Source of the DNA: Acidimicrobiia bacterium
GTDB taxonomy: Bacteria; Actinomycetota; Acidimicrobiia; Spongiisociales; UBA5794
Reading direction: 5' to 3'
Assembly (NCBI GenBank): GCA_030064765.1
Contig: JASJEG010000002.1
Span: forward strand, 1-57,016
DNA: 57,016 bases
The notes beneath the pieces are model-generated. The model had not been told where the DNA came from and made no database searches. It saw only the letters and a list, made by a program, of their open reading frames with translations. Positions within the stretch are counted from its first letter, which is position 1. Each line of letters opens with the position of its first letter. This document shows, piece by piece, positions 41,801-49,468 of this stretch. The position numbers and the translations under genes are program-made.

Positions 41801-41963
41801 CGCTCAGCCCAGGGGGAATCGTGGTTGAGGCTGCTGCGGGCTCCGGCTGGGATTCGGGTCGGGTGGCGGCAACAAACGCCAGCAATGCAAACCCAACGAC
41901 CACAATCGGCACCAGCCAGCGCCGACGCTCCCCATCTCTGGGATCCGGAGAGCGTGAAGCCAT
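38862..41963 (-). CDS. Large membrane-anchored protein with eight BNR/Asp-box repeats (beta-propeller, sialidase/Ycf48-like folds)
   Basis: Start at MASRSPD (41963; alternative 42023). N-terminal anchor RRRWLVPIVVVGFALLAFVAA. Asp-boxes: WSSQDGLEW, YRSRDGVDW, WRSSDGAAW, WTSVDGGDSW, WTSQDGLTW, WLSPDGYDW, WSSPDGGEW, YLSPDGTTW. Confidence 0.75.
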   Translation of the reverse strand: MASRSPDPRDGERRRWLVPIVVVGFALLAFVAATRPESQPEPAAASTTIPPGLSAVSPELIDLTSTGSAATEAWESVPFEWPGRINDLLRHNTSLFAIGHDDEGAAAWVTGTGSAWREVSQFEHPENPDSSIDHAVVWNGGIVALGAVADDVGLWTAPNRRQWTYHGPVADMGGHTLIGLAATDTLLAVAAMEGTHTIWSSQDGLEWSRYPAGAAFDQILVNSLTGVGDWFYAAGQERNSEQAAIYRSRDGVDWEETSGLGDDLLPASWGTVVDITATADGLLAVGEANDGIAVWRSSDGAAWSRIASADAALRGHSVAIELKGTRNAEEALVAIDGQEHRVVEGSQVLTNVGLIEVVGISDSSAVVEWADGSSDRLDIDSQPHTVRLRQSPISAVAQGRRIAIAGWAGVHSPQTPAVWTSVDGGDSWRIDYPDPALQGWARAASVSGANITVVGGSDRETPQAWHSTWDTSELEAAGVELAMAYFDAVERQNTNAVVALLPEQPARFQIPSLGRADLPWWDEATEAIDPDSVAATFDYLRAINTRIDLGECRTRMRLGEVDSLRVSCDFDVASDLLATYSNEDHAGTAEIVVEDGAIKQVLLSTAPSAHMWQMLIDGVGFADSSTQALMDDPATATIDPVFTPESAPVHLRVTEEFIAGLLRPGDTRIIETRLGTMEWSWLEPAPVPVAHLNWITHYRDGFIAVGHGEPQRWTDEVSLWTSQDGLTWQRMSGQPDFDGLWNLQPLRDGLIGQAWERERSFLTFYDGDEWTAIDLPGSEEAGRFYDVGHLATSGETALVVTFEWSEDSMGSPEFRQAWLIGPDNVPRRTTLPAAPFSADADIMGLEGSDEGFLLGTIQGWPPSLRIWLSPDGYDWDEVAATTVIEETGYIWNLQRHKGRYFAVGEGTHTDCSTGPCEQLWSSPDGGEWERVVTTSGEPVGAYDLGSGPLGLMAIAVDFYSDRPPPRPLYLSPDGTTWERAGNLALWHPDAEWWWASPPAVGTDTILVPGSAFRPNTGFDEDTPFLIVGRLLDD

Positions 41964-42143
41964 GGCATCGCCCCCATCGGCCGGGAGAACCCGTATCGCC
42001 GGAGGGCCATCACCGTTGCGCATCTGGTCCCTATCCACCACCCAATTCTGGGGGTATCGCCTCTTGCTGACAAACGTCTTGGGCCGGCTATGGCGTTCCT
42101 TTGGGGTTGCCGGCAGGGCAGATCGGGTATATGGTGCCCTGCA

Positions 42144-42215
42144 ATGAAACAAAACGGCCTCTACTTTGCGTACTTCTTTACCGGGCTTTCGGCCCGGGCA
42201 GAGGGTGCGCGCTAA
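42144..42215 (+). CDS. Candidate attenuation leader peptide MKQNGLYFAYFFTGLSARAEGAR
   Basis: 23-codon mini-ORF in the 5' leader of the DAHP synthase/chorismate mutase gene. Codons 7-12 are Y-F-A-Y-F-F. No strong SD is visible upstream. Confidence 0.45.
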   Translation: MKQNGLYFAYFFTGLSARAEGAR

Positions 42216-42242
42216 GCGAAGCCGACAGACACCACCTCACCG

Positions 42243-42276
42243 CCCGAAGCCGAAAGCGGCTTCGGGTTTCTCTTTG
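42243..42276 (+). terminator. Intrinsic terminator in the aro leader (attenuator)
   Basis: cccgaagccg (42243-52) pairs with cggcttcggg (42257-66): a 10-bp stem with an AAAG loop, followed by TTTCTCTTTG. It lies 27 nt upstream of ATG 42303, on the strand of the downstream gene, between divergent genes. Confidence 0.6.
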
Positions 42277-42302
42277 CCTGGGGCCGCCGTCTAGGAGAAA
42301 CC

Positions 42303-43376
42303 ATGAGCAATCCAAACCCAGACAAACCGGTACTCAAGAGCCACCGCCGGCCCGATGTCGACACCACAGTCGTCGCCGTCGGCAACGTCAGGTTTGGTGA
42401 TGGTTCGTACCCGGTGATTGCAGGCCCAATCGCCGTGGAAAGCGAGGAGCAGGTCATCAACACGGCAATGTCGCTCGCCGAATCGGGTGCCTCGATGCTG
42501 CGGGCCGGCACCTACCGTGCCGAGAACTCGCCGTACAGCTTCAAGGGGCTGGGGCAGGAAGGCCTGTGGCACCTGGAGAAGGCCGGCTTCGAGAGCGGAC
42601 TCCCGACAGTGACGGAGGTCATCGAACCCGGGCTCGTCGAGCTAGCCGCCGACCATGCCGACATGATCGAAATCGGCCCGGACAACATGCAGAACTTCGT
42701 ACTGCTGCGCGACGCCGGCAAGACGATGAAGCCGGTGATGTTGCATCGGGGCCCCTCCGCCACCGTCGACGAGTGGTTGATGGCAGCCGAGTACATCCTC
42801 GCCGAGGGTAACAACAACGTCGTCCTGTGCGAGCGAGGCAGTCGGGGTTTCGATCCCAGGACCTCGGACACGATCGATATCTCGGCGGTTCCGGTTGTGC
42901 AGCGACTCTCCCACCTCCCGGTTGTGATCGACCCTGCGTCGACGGAAGGCAACGCAGACATCCTCGGGCCGCTTGCTCTCGCCGGTAGGTCTGTTGGGGC
43001 TGACGGCCTGGTTGTCTCAGCCCACGTCGATCCGACCTCATCGTTGGCGGGCAACGGCAGTCAGCTCGACCTGGTCGAGTTCGCCCGGCTCATGGAGAAG
43101 CTCGGGATTCCATCACTGCGTGACGAGATCGACCGGGTCGATCGCGAGCTGATCAAGCTCGTGGCCCGTCGGCTCCATGGTTCCGTGGAGATCGCCAAGA
43201 TCAAGGCGAAGAAGGGTCTCGAGATGCGGTCGCCCGACCGGGAGAAGGAACTGATAGAGGAAGCGGTGATAGATGGCGCAGCCCTCGGCGTCGACCGCGA
43301 GTACATCGAGAACCTGATGAATCTCGTGCTCACTCACAGCCGGGCCGCCCAGCGCCGGGCCCTCGGAGACTCTTAG
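42303..43376 (+). CDS. Bifunctional 3-deoxy-7-phosphoheptulonate (DAHP) synthase, type I-beta, with C-terminal AroQ chorismate mutase domain
   Basis: SD aggagaaacc precedes the ATG. VIAGPIAVESEEQV, MLRAGTYRAENSPYSFKGLG and VVIDPAS fit the KDSA/DAHPS I-beta pattern. The C-terminal ~90 aa LRDEIDRVDRELIKLVARRLHGSVEIAKIKAKKGLEMRSPDREKELIEEA form the AroQ CM helix pattern. Confidence 0.85.
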   Translation: MSNPNPDKPVLKSHRRPDVDTTVVAVGNVRFGDGSYPVIAGPIAVESEEQVINTAMSLAESGASMLRAGTYRAENSPYSFKGLGQEGLWHLEKAGFESGLPTVTEVIEPGLVELAADHADMIEIGPDNMQNFVLLRDAGKTMKPVMLHRGPSATVDEWLMAAEYILAEGNNNVVLCERGSRGFDPRTSDTIDISAVPVVQRLSHLPVVIDPASTEGNADILGPLALAGRSVGADGLVVSAHVDPTSSLAGNGSQLDLVEFARLMEKLGIPSLRDEIDRVDRELIKLVARRLHGSVEIAKIKAKKGLEMRSPDREKELIEEAVIDGAALGVDREYIENLMNLVLTHSRAAQRRALGDS

Positions 43377-43441
43377 CGCTCACCTAACAGACCTCGAACG
43401 CACGCGTTCGACGATGTCTCCAGTCGATTCAAGGAGACATC

Positions 43442-43936
43442 ATGCGCAAGCGACTACTGGTGCTGCTGGCGACGCTCACGGTTCTCATGACCGTTGCGGT
43501 CGCTGCCCAGGCTCAGGAAGACGACGCCTCGATCGAGGGCAAGGGCTACATCTGGGCCAAGGGTTCGGGTGTGGCGATTCTCGACGGGCGCGGCCGAGTG
43601 CAGATGGCCATCGACGGCGATGTCGTCATCTATGACTACGCCGGGGACGCGGTCGTCAAGATTGGTGCGGTACCCGAGGAAGAGCCCGATGGTGCAGCCG
43701 CCCGGCTTCAAGAGGTCAGTCCCACGACGACCTACACCTTCGACAACTTCCGCGGTCGGATGCAGGTTGTTGGGTCCGACTTTCGCATCGAGGCGGAGGG
43801 GGATATGAAGTTCCGCGGACGTGGTGAGGGCACTGTCGAGCTCGACGGCAGGGGCTGGTGGAAGACTCTGCGCAACCGGGGCACGTGGGAGGGGACCGTC
43901 CTCCGCTTTGGTCGTGCCGACGTTCTAGAGAGCTAG
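43442..43936 (+). CDS. Secreted hypothetical protein (beta-rich)
   Basis: Signal peptide MRKRLLVLLATLTVLMTVAVAAQAQ, with SD aaggagaca upstream. Confidence 0.6.
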   Translation: MRKRLLVLLATLTVLMTVAVAAQAQEDDASIEGKGYIWAKGSGVAILDGRGRVQMAIDGDVVIYDYAGDAVVKIGAVPEEEPDGAAARLQEVSPTTTYTFDNFRGRMQVVGSDFRIEAEGDMKFRGRGEGTVELDGRGWWKTLRNRGTWEGTVLRFGRADVLES

Positions 43937-44011
43937 AAACTGCCGGTCCGTTGTAGCGCTCCGGTCACCCTTTCGGCCGGGGCGCTGCCGCGGCCGGGTA
44001 GGGTCGCCACA

Positions 44012-44611
44012 ATGATCGAACTCATCATCGGCGACGACGGCATCCCCCGCTGTTCCTGGGGTGACGCTCCGGAGATCTATCGGAGGTACCACGACGACGA
44101 GTGGGGACAGCCGGTCGACGATGACGGCGTGCTGTTCGAGAAGCTATGTCTGGAAGGGTTCCAGGCAGGATTGAGTTGGCTCACCATTCTGAAGCGACGG
44201 GAGGGTTTCCGGGCCGCCTTCCAAGGATTCGACATCGACGGGGTTGCCGAGATGGATGAATCCGATGTGGAACGACTGCTCCAGGACACCGGCATCATCC
44301 GGCACCGTGGCAAGATCGAGTCGACCATCAACAACGCAAGGCGGGCACAGGAGGTCATCGCCGAGCTGGGTACCCTGGGGGCGTTGGTCTGGTCCTATGA
44401 ACCCGAACCCGGCAGCTCCATCCTCGAGGCGCACACTGCGGAATCGACTGCGCTTTCGAAAGACCTGAAGAAGCGTGGCTTTAGCTTCGTCGGCCCGACC
44501 ACGGCCTACGCATTCATGCAGGCGATGGGCATCGTCAACGACCATCTCCCAGATTGCCACGCCTGGGAGTCCGTGGATCGGGCGCGGGCGAGCTTCGTGC
44601 GACCGACCTGA
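44012..44611 (+). CDS. tag: DNA-3-methyladenine glycosylase I
   Basis: CSWGDAPEIYRRYHDDEWGQPV, LFEKLCLEGFQAGLSWLTILKRREGFR, and the C-terminal His/Cys Zn site (DHLPDCH). Confidence 0.9.
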   Translation: MIELIIGDDGIPRCSWGDAPEIYRRYHDDEWGQPVDDDGVLFEKLCLEGFQAGLSWLTILKRREGFRAAFQGFDIDGVAEMDESDVERLLQDTGIIRHRGKIESTINNARRAQEVIAELGTLGALVWSYEPEPGSSILEAHTAESTALSKDLKKRGFSFVGPTTAYAFMQAMGIVNDHLPDCHAWESVDRARASFVRPT

Positions 44612-44687
44612 CCGTCGGCCCTGGGTTTTGGCGTCGCAAAACGGAATATGTTCCGGTCTGGGACGCCAGAACGGGGAAGGTGCAGCC

Positions 44688-45818
44688 CTAGTCCGCCTCG
44701 AGGAGGGCGTTCGTGAGGTCGACGACCAGGTCCAGCATGGCGACCGGGTTAGGGCCGAGCGTGTTGCTCAGCAGGGCAACTGTGAACCCGGACTCCGGGT
44801 AGTAGGCGAGCCAGGAGCTGAAGCTGACCGTGCCTCCTTCGTGAAAGATCGAAGGGCGCTCACCGATGTTGTCAAGATGCAGCCCAAGCCCATAGGGGAT
44901 GGCGGTTCCATCTGTCAGCGTCGCCGACGTAGACATGGCCGGGTAGAACTCGTGCGCCACCAGGTGGTGCTGCCACTGGATCATGTCTCCTGTCGTGCTG
45001 CAGATACCGGCGCCACCCGACAGCCACCCATCGGGCAGGACGGGACCAGCCACTGGTCCATCGGGCCCGATGTTGTATCCGGTGGCAAGTCCTTCGGAGT
45101 CGACCCAGCACAGGCGAGTGTTGTCGAGGCCGACCGGGATGAAGACGTCTCGTTCCATGGCGACCTCAAACGGCTGCCCGGTGACTGTCTCGATGATCGC
45201 CGCGAGCACCGCATAGCCGGTTGAGCTATAGATGAACTCGGACTCTGGTGGCGCGGCGAGAGCTTCTTCGATTTCGATGAAGGCAGCGACGATCTCGGTT
45301 GCCGAATAGCTGCGGGTCCAGTCGAATGGGGTGTCTGGATCAGCGGCGAAGATGGCGAAATGGTCTGGAATACCACCGGTGTGGCTGAGAATCTGACTGA
45401 TTGTCGTGCCCTGCCAGTCGGCAGGGAGCCAGGGGAGATAGTTGCCGACGGCGTCCTGCCGGCTCAGTACTCCGGCCGTCTCGAGCTGCAGGATCTCGTA
45501 GGCCACGAACTGCTTGGAGACAGACCCGATCTCGTAGACGGTTTCCGCGCCTGCCGGGATGTCATCGGCCAGGTCGGCTGTGCCATAGCTCGTGACGTAG
45601 GTGGGGCTTTGATTGCACTGGACCCCGACGGTGAGCCCGACCGCCTCCATCCCCTCCATGCCGGATGAGACCGCCTCGGCGATCTGATCCACGAGATCCG
45701 ATGGCATTGGCAGTTCCTCGGACGGATCTCCCGTTCGGTCACACAAGGGATCGGAGGCAGAGCTGCAGGCGGCGATCAGCAGAGCCAGGCACAGTGCTGC
45801 TGCGAAGCGCGGCTTCAT
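44688..45818 (-). CDS. Serine hydrolase / beta-lactamase-family lipoprotein
   Basis: Lipobox MKPRFAAALCLALLIAACSS and active-site S-x-x-K (YEIGSVSKQF). Confidence 0.8.
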   Translation of the reverse strand: MKPRFAAALCLALLIAACSSASDPLCDRTGDPSEELPMPSDLVDQIAEAVSSGMEGMEAVGLTVGVQCNQSPTYVTSYGTADLADDIPAGAETVYEIGSVSKQFVAYEILQLETAGVLSRQDAVGNYLPWLPADWQGTTISQILSHTGGIPDHFAIFAADPDTPFDWTRSYSATEIVAAFIEIEEALAAPPESEFIYSSTGYAVLAAIIETVTGQPFEVAMERDVFIPVGLDNTRLCWVDSEGLATGYNIGPDGPVAGPVLPDGWLSGGAGICSTTGDMIQWQHHLVAHEFYPAMSTSATLTDGTAIPYGLGLHLDNIGERPSIFHEGGTVSFSSWLAYYPESGFTVALLSNTLGPNPVAMLDLVVDLTNALLEAD

Positions 45819-46453
45819 GTTTCCGCCGCGCCAGGGTGCCGGACCATGAGGGAAAACGGAATGCCGATTTCTGCGATCGTCATCTCGTCCAGGACCTCGA
45901 AGCCGAGGCGCTCGTAGAAGGAGACGTTTTGCTCAGTCTCCGTCTCCAGGTAGATCATCTTGCCGTCGCGGTCCGCGTTTCGCATGCCGGCGCGCACCAG
46001 CGCCGATCCGTGGCCCTCACCCTGATGATCGGGGTCGACACCGATCGCCATGAGGTACCAATGGGGCTCCCGCATCAGCTGCTTCCTCTTCTTGTCGAAC
46101 TGGCGCATTACCCGGGTCAGCCGGCGGATGTTCTGGACTGGGGGAGTGAGTAACCAGCGGGCCGACGGACCCGCAGAGCTGATGATTGCGCGAGCGCCGA
46201 TTTCCTTGCCCGGCCGCAGCCACAGTGCCACGGCCTCGAAGCCGGCGGTCCTTTCCGGGGATCCGCCTGATGCGTGAGTCATCTTGGCGGCACCGATGAA
46301 CATGATCGGGAGGCGTTTCCGGCGGATGCTGGGATCGGGTACGAGCGCAGCCCATTGCGGGTCGGTGTAGAAGGCTCGGCCGAGCACGTCCCCGGCCCTG
46401 CGGTGTTCAGATTTCTCCAGCGGCACTACAGCCCGAGAAGCGGGTTCCGTCAC
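45815..46453 (-). CDS. GNAT-family N-acetyltransferase
   Basis: Acetyl-CoA motif A: MAIGVDPDHQGEGHGSALVRAGM...ERLGFEV. A 4-nt overlap links it to the downstream gene. Confidence 0.8.
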   Translation of the reverse strand: MTEPASRAVVPLEKSEHRRAGDVLGRAFYTDPQWAALVPDPSIRRKRLPIMFIGAAKMTHASGGSPERTAGFEAVALWLRPGKEIGARAIISSAGPSARWLLTPPVQNIRRLTRVMRQFDKKRKQLMREPHWYLMAIGVDPDHQGEGHGSALVRAGMRNADRDGKMIYLETETEQNVSFYERLGFEVLDEMTIAEIGIPFSLMVRHPGAAET

Positions 46454-46497
46454 TGGGTCATCGTACGTCCGGCTGCGGCTGCTGCCTACCCAGCTCG

Positions 46498-47505
46498 TTA
46501 TGCGATGCCGTGCATTTCCGGCTTGGCCTCCCGGGCCATCAGGTTTGACACCGCCTCGAGGGGCTCGGCGCCTTCGTAAAGCACTCTTGCGACCTGGGTG
46601 GCTATCGGCATCTCGATCCCGTGCCGGTCGGCCAGCGCCAGGATCCCCGGCGTAGATTTCACGCCCTCGGCGACCTGGTTCATCTCGTCGATGATGTCGT
46701 CGAGTTTCTTGCCCTGACCCAGCCCATAGCCAACTGTGTGATTGCGACTCTGCGAGCTCATGCAGGTGGCGATGAGATCGCCCATACCGGCCAGGCCGGC
46801 GAATGTCAGCGGCCGGCCGCCCATGGCCACGCCGAGCCTGGTGAGCTCGGCAAGGGCGCGGGTTATGAGAGTTGCCATGGTGTTGTCGCCAAATCCGAGC
46901 CCGTGGGCCATGCCCGCAGCAATTGCCATCACATTCTTGAGAGCACCTGCCGACTCGCTGCCAACGACATCGTCGTTGGTGTAGACCCGAAACCGGCTGC
47001 TCATGAACACCTGCTGCAACGCCGCGGCCGCGGCGCCGTCCTTCATGGCGATGACGGTGGCGGCAGGCTGGCCGGCAGCGATCTCCTTGGCGAGATTTGG
47101 CCCGGTGAGGACTCCGATTCGATCTGGATTGTGGTCGGGGAGTACATCAGCGGTGACCTCGGTCATTCGCATCAGCGATTCCCGCTCGACACCCTTCGCC
47201 AGCGAAATGATCGGCGTGTCCGATCCGAGCTGATCCCGCAACGACTCGAGTACTGCCCGATAGCCGTGCGACGGGACGCCCATCACGACTGCCTCGGTCG
47301 CGGCGATCGTTTCAGCCAGGTCAGATGACGCGGTGATGTTGGGGGCAAGCGGGTAGCCCGGTAGGTAGTCGGGGTTCTCCCGTCGCTCGTTGATGGCAGT
47401 GGTGAGCTCGCTGCGCCGCGCCCACAGGGTTACCGGCTGCTTTGCTCCCACCAAGTTGGCGACGGCTGTTCCCCAGGAACCGGCGCCGATGACCGACACG
47501 CGCAT
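46498..47505 (-). CDS. gpsA: NAD(P)H-dependent glycerol-3-phosphate dehydrogenase
   Basis: MRVSVIGAGSWGTAVANLV, NPDYLPG, GALKNVMAIAAGM, SSQSRNHTVG. Confidence 0.9.
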   Translation of the reverse strand: MRVSVIGAGSWGTAVANLVGAKQPVTLWARRSELTTAINERRENPDYLPGYPLAPNITASSDLAETIAATEAVVMGVPSHGYRAVLESLRDQLGSDTPIISLAKGVERESLMRMTEVTADVLPDHNPDRIGVLTGPNLAKEIAAGQPAATVIAMKDGAAAAALQQVFMSSRFRVYTNDDVVGSESAGALKNVMAIAAGMAHGLGFGDNTMATLITRALAELTRLGVAMGGRPLTFAGLAGMGDLIATCMSSQSRNHTVGYGLGQGKKLDDIIDEMNQVAEGVKSTPGILALADRHGIEMPIATQVARVLYEGAEPLEAVSNLMAREAKPEMHGIA

Positions 47506-47624
47506 TTGTTCTCCCTTCTCCTAAGTAAGCGTAGGGGAAGTGCCGATAGGTAGAGAAGGGTCCTTGCTTTTCGGTCCCAAGCCGGTGAGTCTTCCGTTGA
47601 CCGCCGCAGACAGGAGAGGCCAGG

Positions 47625-48935
47625 GTGACGAGAAAAACATACGTCTTGGACACCTGCGTACTTCTCGCCGACCCGCAATCCCTCCTCCGTTTCGATGAAC
47701 ACGACGTTGTATTGCCGCTCGTCGTCGTCGAGGAGCTCGATCGTCAGAAGATCCGGGTCGACGAGGTGGGTTCAAATGCCCGCAGGGCGATTCGGGCGCT
47801 CGAGAAGTTGGGCGCGTCAGAGGCCGGAGGGCTGGAAGCCCCCCGCCAGCTCGAGTCGGGAGGGACGATGCGGATCGAGCTGAATGGGACGCACTCCGAC
47901 AGGCTTCCAAAGGTGCTCGATCCCTCAACCGCCGATCATCGCATTCTCGCTACGTGTCTCAACCTCGTGGATGAAGGCGCCGACACGGTGCTGGTCACCA
48001 AAGATGCATCGCTGCGGATCAAAGGCGCTCAGCTCGGGGTCGAGGTCGAGGACTACCGCGCCGACACGGTTCCCGTCGATGAGTCGTACTCCGGTGTCGC
48101 CGAGATCACGGTGGATGCCTCGACGATCGACGAGATCTACTCCGAGGGCAAGATCGTGCTCGACCGGGATGATCTTCATGTCAATCAATACGTGATCCTG
48201 AAGACATCGGCTTCGCAATCGGCGGTGGGTCGTGTGGTCGACACCACTTTCGAGACCTCGGTGGTCCGTGTTCCCGGATCTCGCCAGGCCTTTGGAATCG
48301 AATCCAAGAATGTTCGCCAGGCGTTTGCCCTGGATCTCTTGATGGATCCGGACGTGACCGCAGTAAGCCTCATGGGCTTGGCCGGGACCGGCAAGACGTT
48401 CCTAGCTCTAGCGTCGGCGCTCGAGCAGACGATCGAAGCCGGCCGCTATCGCCGGATTTCTGTGTATCGCCCCTTGGTGGCCGTCGGCCGTCAGGAAGTT
48501 GGCTTCTTGCCCGGTGATCTAGATGAGAAGCTGGCCCCGTGGATGGCAGCGGTGCACGACAACCTGTATGCGCTGTTCAGTGGAGACCCGCAGTCCGCAA
48601 AGGGCGCTATCGACGAATTGCTCGACCGCAACGTCATCGAGATGGCAGCTGTGACCTATCTCCGTGGTCGATCGATCACCGATGAGTTGGTAATCATCGA
48701 CGAAGCGCAGAACCTGGAGTATCCGACACTCAAGGTGATACTCACCCGGATCGCGTCGGGCTCGAAAGTGGTGTTCTGCGGCGACCTCACTCAGGTCGAT
48801 AACCCCTACATCTCCCCGTTCGGTGGCCTCGCTGCTCTGATCGAGAAGCTGAAGGGTCAGTCGCTATTCGGTCACATCACTCTGGAGAAGTCGGTACGTA
48901 GCCCGCTCGCTGAACTGGCGGCTACTGCCCTGTAG
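47625..48935 (+). CDS. PIN-domain / PhoH-like ATPase fusion (PhoH2)
   Basis: GTG start. N-terminal PIN (YVLDTCVLLADP..., VVVEELD). PhoH domain with Walker A GLAGTGKTFLAL and Walker B LVIIDEAQNL. Confidence 0.85.
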   Translation: MTRKTYVLDTCVLLADPQSLLRFDEHDVVLPLVVVEELDRQKIRVDEVGSNARRAIRALEKLGASEAGGLEAPRQLESGGTMRIELNGTHSDRLPKVLDPSTADHRILATCLNLVDEGADTVLVTKDASLRIKGAQLGVEVEDYRADTVPVDESYSGVAEITVDASTIDEIYSEGKIVLDRDDLHVNQYVILKTSASQSAVGRVVDTTFETSVVRVPGSRQAFGIESKNVRQAFALDLLMDPDVTAVSLMGLAGTGKTFLALASALEQTIEAGRYRRISVYRPLVAVGRQEVGFLPGDLDEKLAPWMAAVHDNLYALFSGDPQSAKGAIDELLDRNVIEMAAVTYLRGRSITDELVIIDEAQNLEYPTLKVILTRIASGSKVVFCGDLTQVDNPYISPFGGLAALIEKLKGQSLFGHITLEKSVRSPLAELAATAL

Positions 48936-48945
48936 CTCCACCTTC

Positions 48946-49002
48946 CCGTTCCTGCGGAGCTAACGGCGGATATCTGCCGCCATGTACGCAAGAACCGAGG
49001 GG
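48946..49002 (+). repeat. Palindromic intergenic repeat, copy E (degenerate)
   Basis: ccgttcctGCGgAgCTaaCGGCGGatatctGCCGCCAtGTACGCAAGAACCGAGGGG. It lies 11 nt after the PhoH2 stop, in the 5' region of the HIT gene. Confidence 0.6.
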
Positions 49003-49034
49003 TGCCGCGCGCAGCAGCCCGCTACTCTCCGCCC

Positions 49035-49457
49035 ATGGCTTCTGTATTCACCATGATCATCGACGGGGAGTTGCCGGGGCGGTTCGTCTGGAAGGACGAC
49101 CGGTGTGTGGCGTTCCTGTCGATCAATCCGCTGGCGCCTGGGCACACACTCGTGGTGCCACGCGAGGAGGTCGATCATTGGATCGACCTCGAGGACGGCC
49201 TCATGCAGCACCTGATGGAGGTCTCCAAGAAGATCGGCGTTGCACTCAACTTGGGTTTCAAGCCGGCGAAGGTCGGCATGATGATCGCTGGGCTCGAGGT
49301 GCCACATGCTCACATTCACCTCGTACCGATGGCAGGCGAGCACGACCTCGACGCCGACAGTGCTGATCTCGCACCCAATCCGGATCATCTCGATGCTGCG
49401 GCTGACAGGGTCAGGGCCGCGCTCAAGGCGCTAGGGCACCCCGAGGTCAGCGAGTAG
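49035..49457 (+). CDS. HIT-family (histidine triad) nucleotide hydrolase
   Basis: ATG 49035 (MASVFTMIIDGELPGRFV). The histidine triad HAHIHLVP is present. Confidence 0.85.
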   Translation: MASVFTMIIDGELPGRFVWKDDRCVAFLSINPLAPGHTLVVPREEVDHWIDLEDGLMQHLMEVSKKIGVALNLGFKPAKVGMMIAGLEVPHAHIHLVPMAGEHDLDADSADLAPNPDHLDAAADRVRAALKALGHPEVSE

Positions 49458-49468
49458 CTCTGCAATAG

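Noticed and set aside
43394-43441. Short palindromes (tcgaacgc-ac-gcgttcga and atgtctcc...ggagacat) upstream of the secreted hypothetical gene as an operator or RBS-sequestering switch
   Set aside because: The first stem has a 2-nt loop, so it is plausible only as a DNA operator. The second is a single 8-bp pairing. There is only one occurrence and no supporting conservation, which is too weak to call.
11570-49002. Palindromic repeats as a CRISPR array
   Set aside because: The copies are separated by 5-16 kb of ordinary genes rather than by 25-50-bp spacers, and no cas genes are present.
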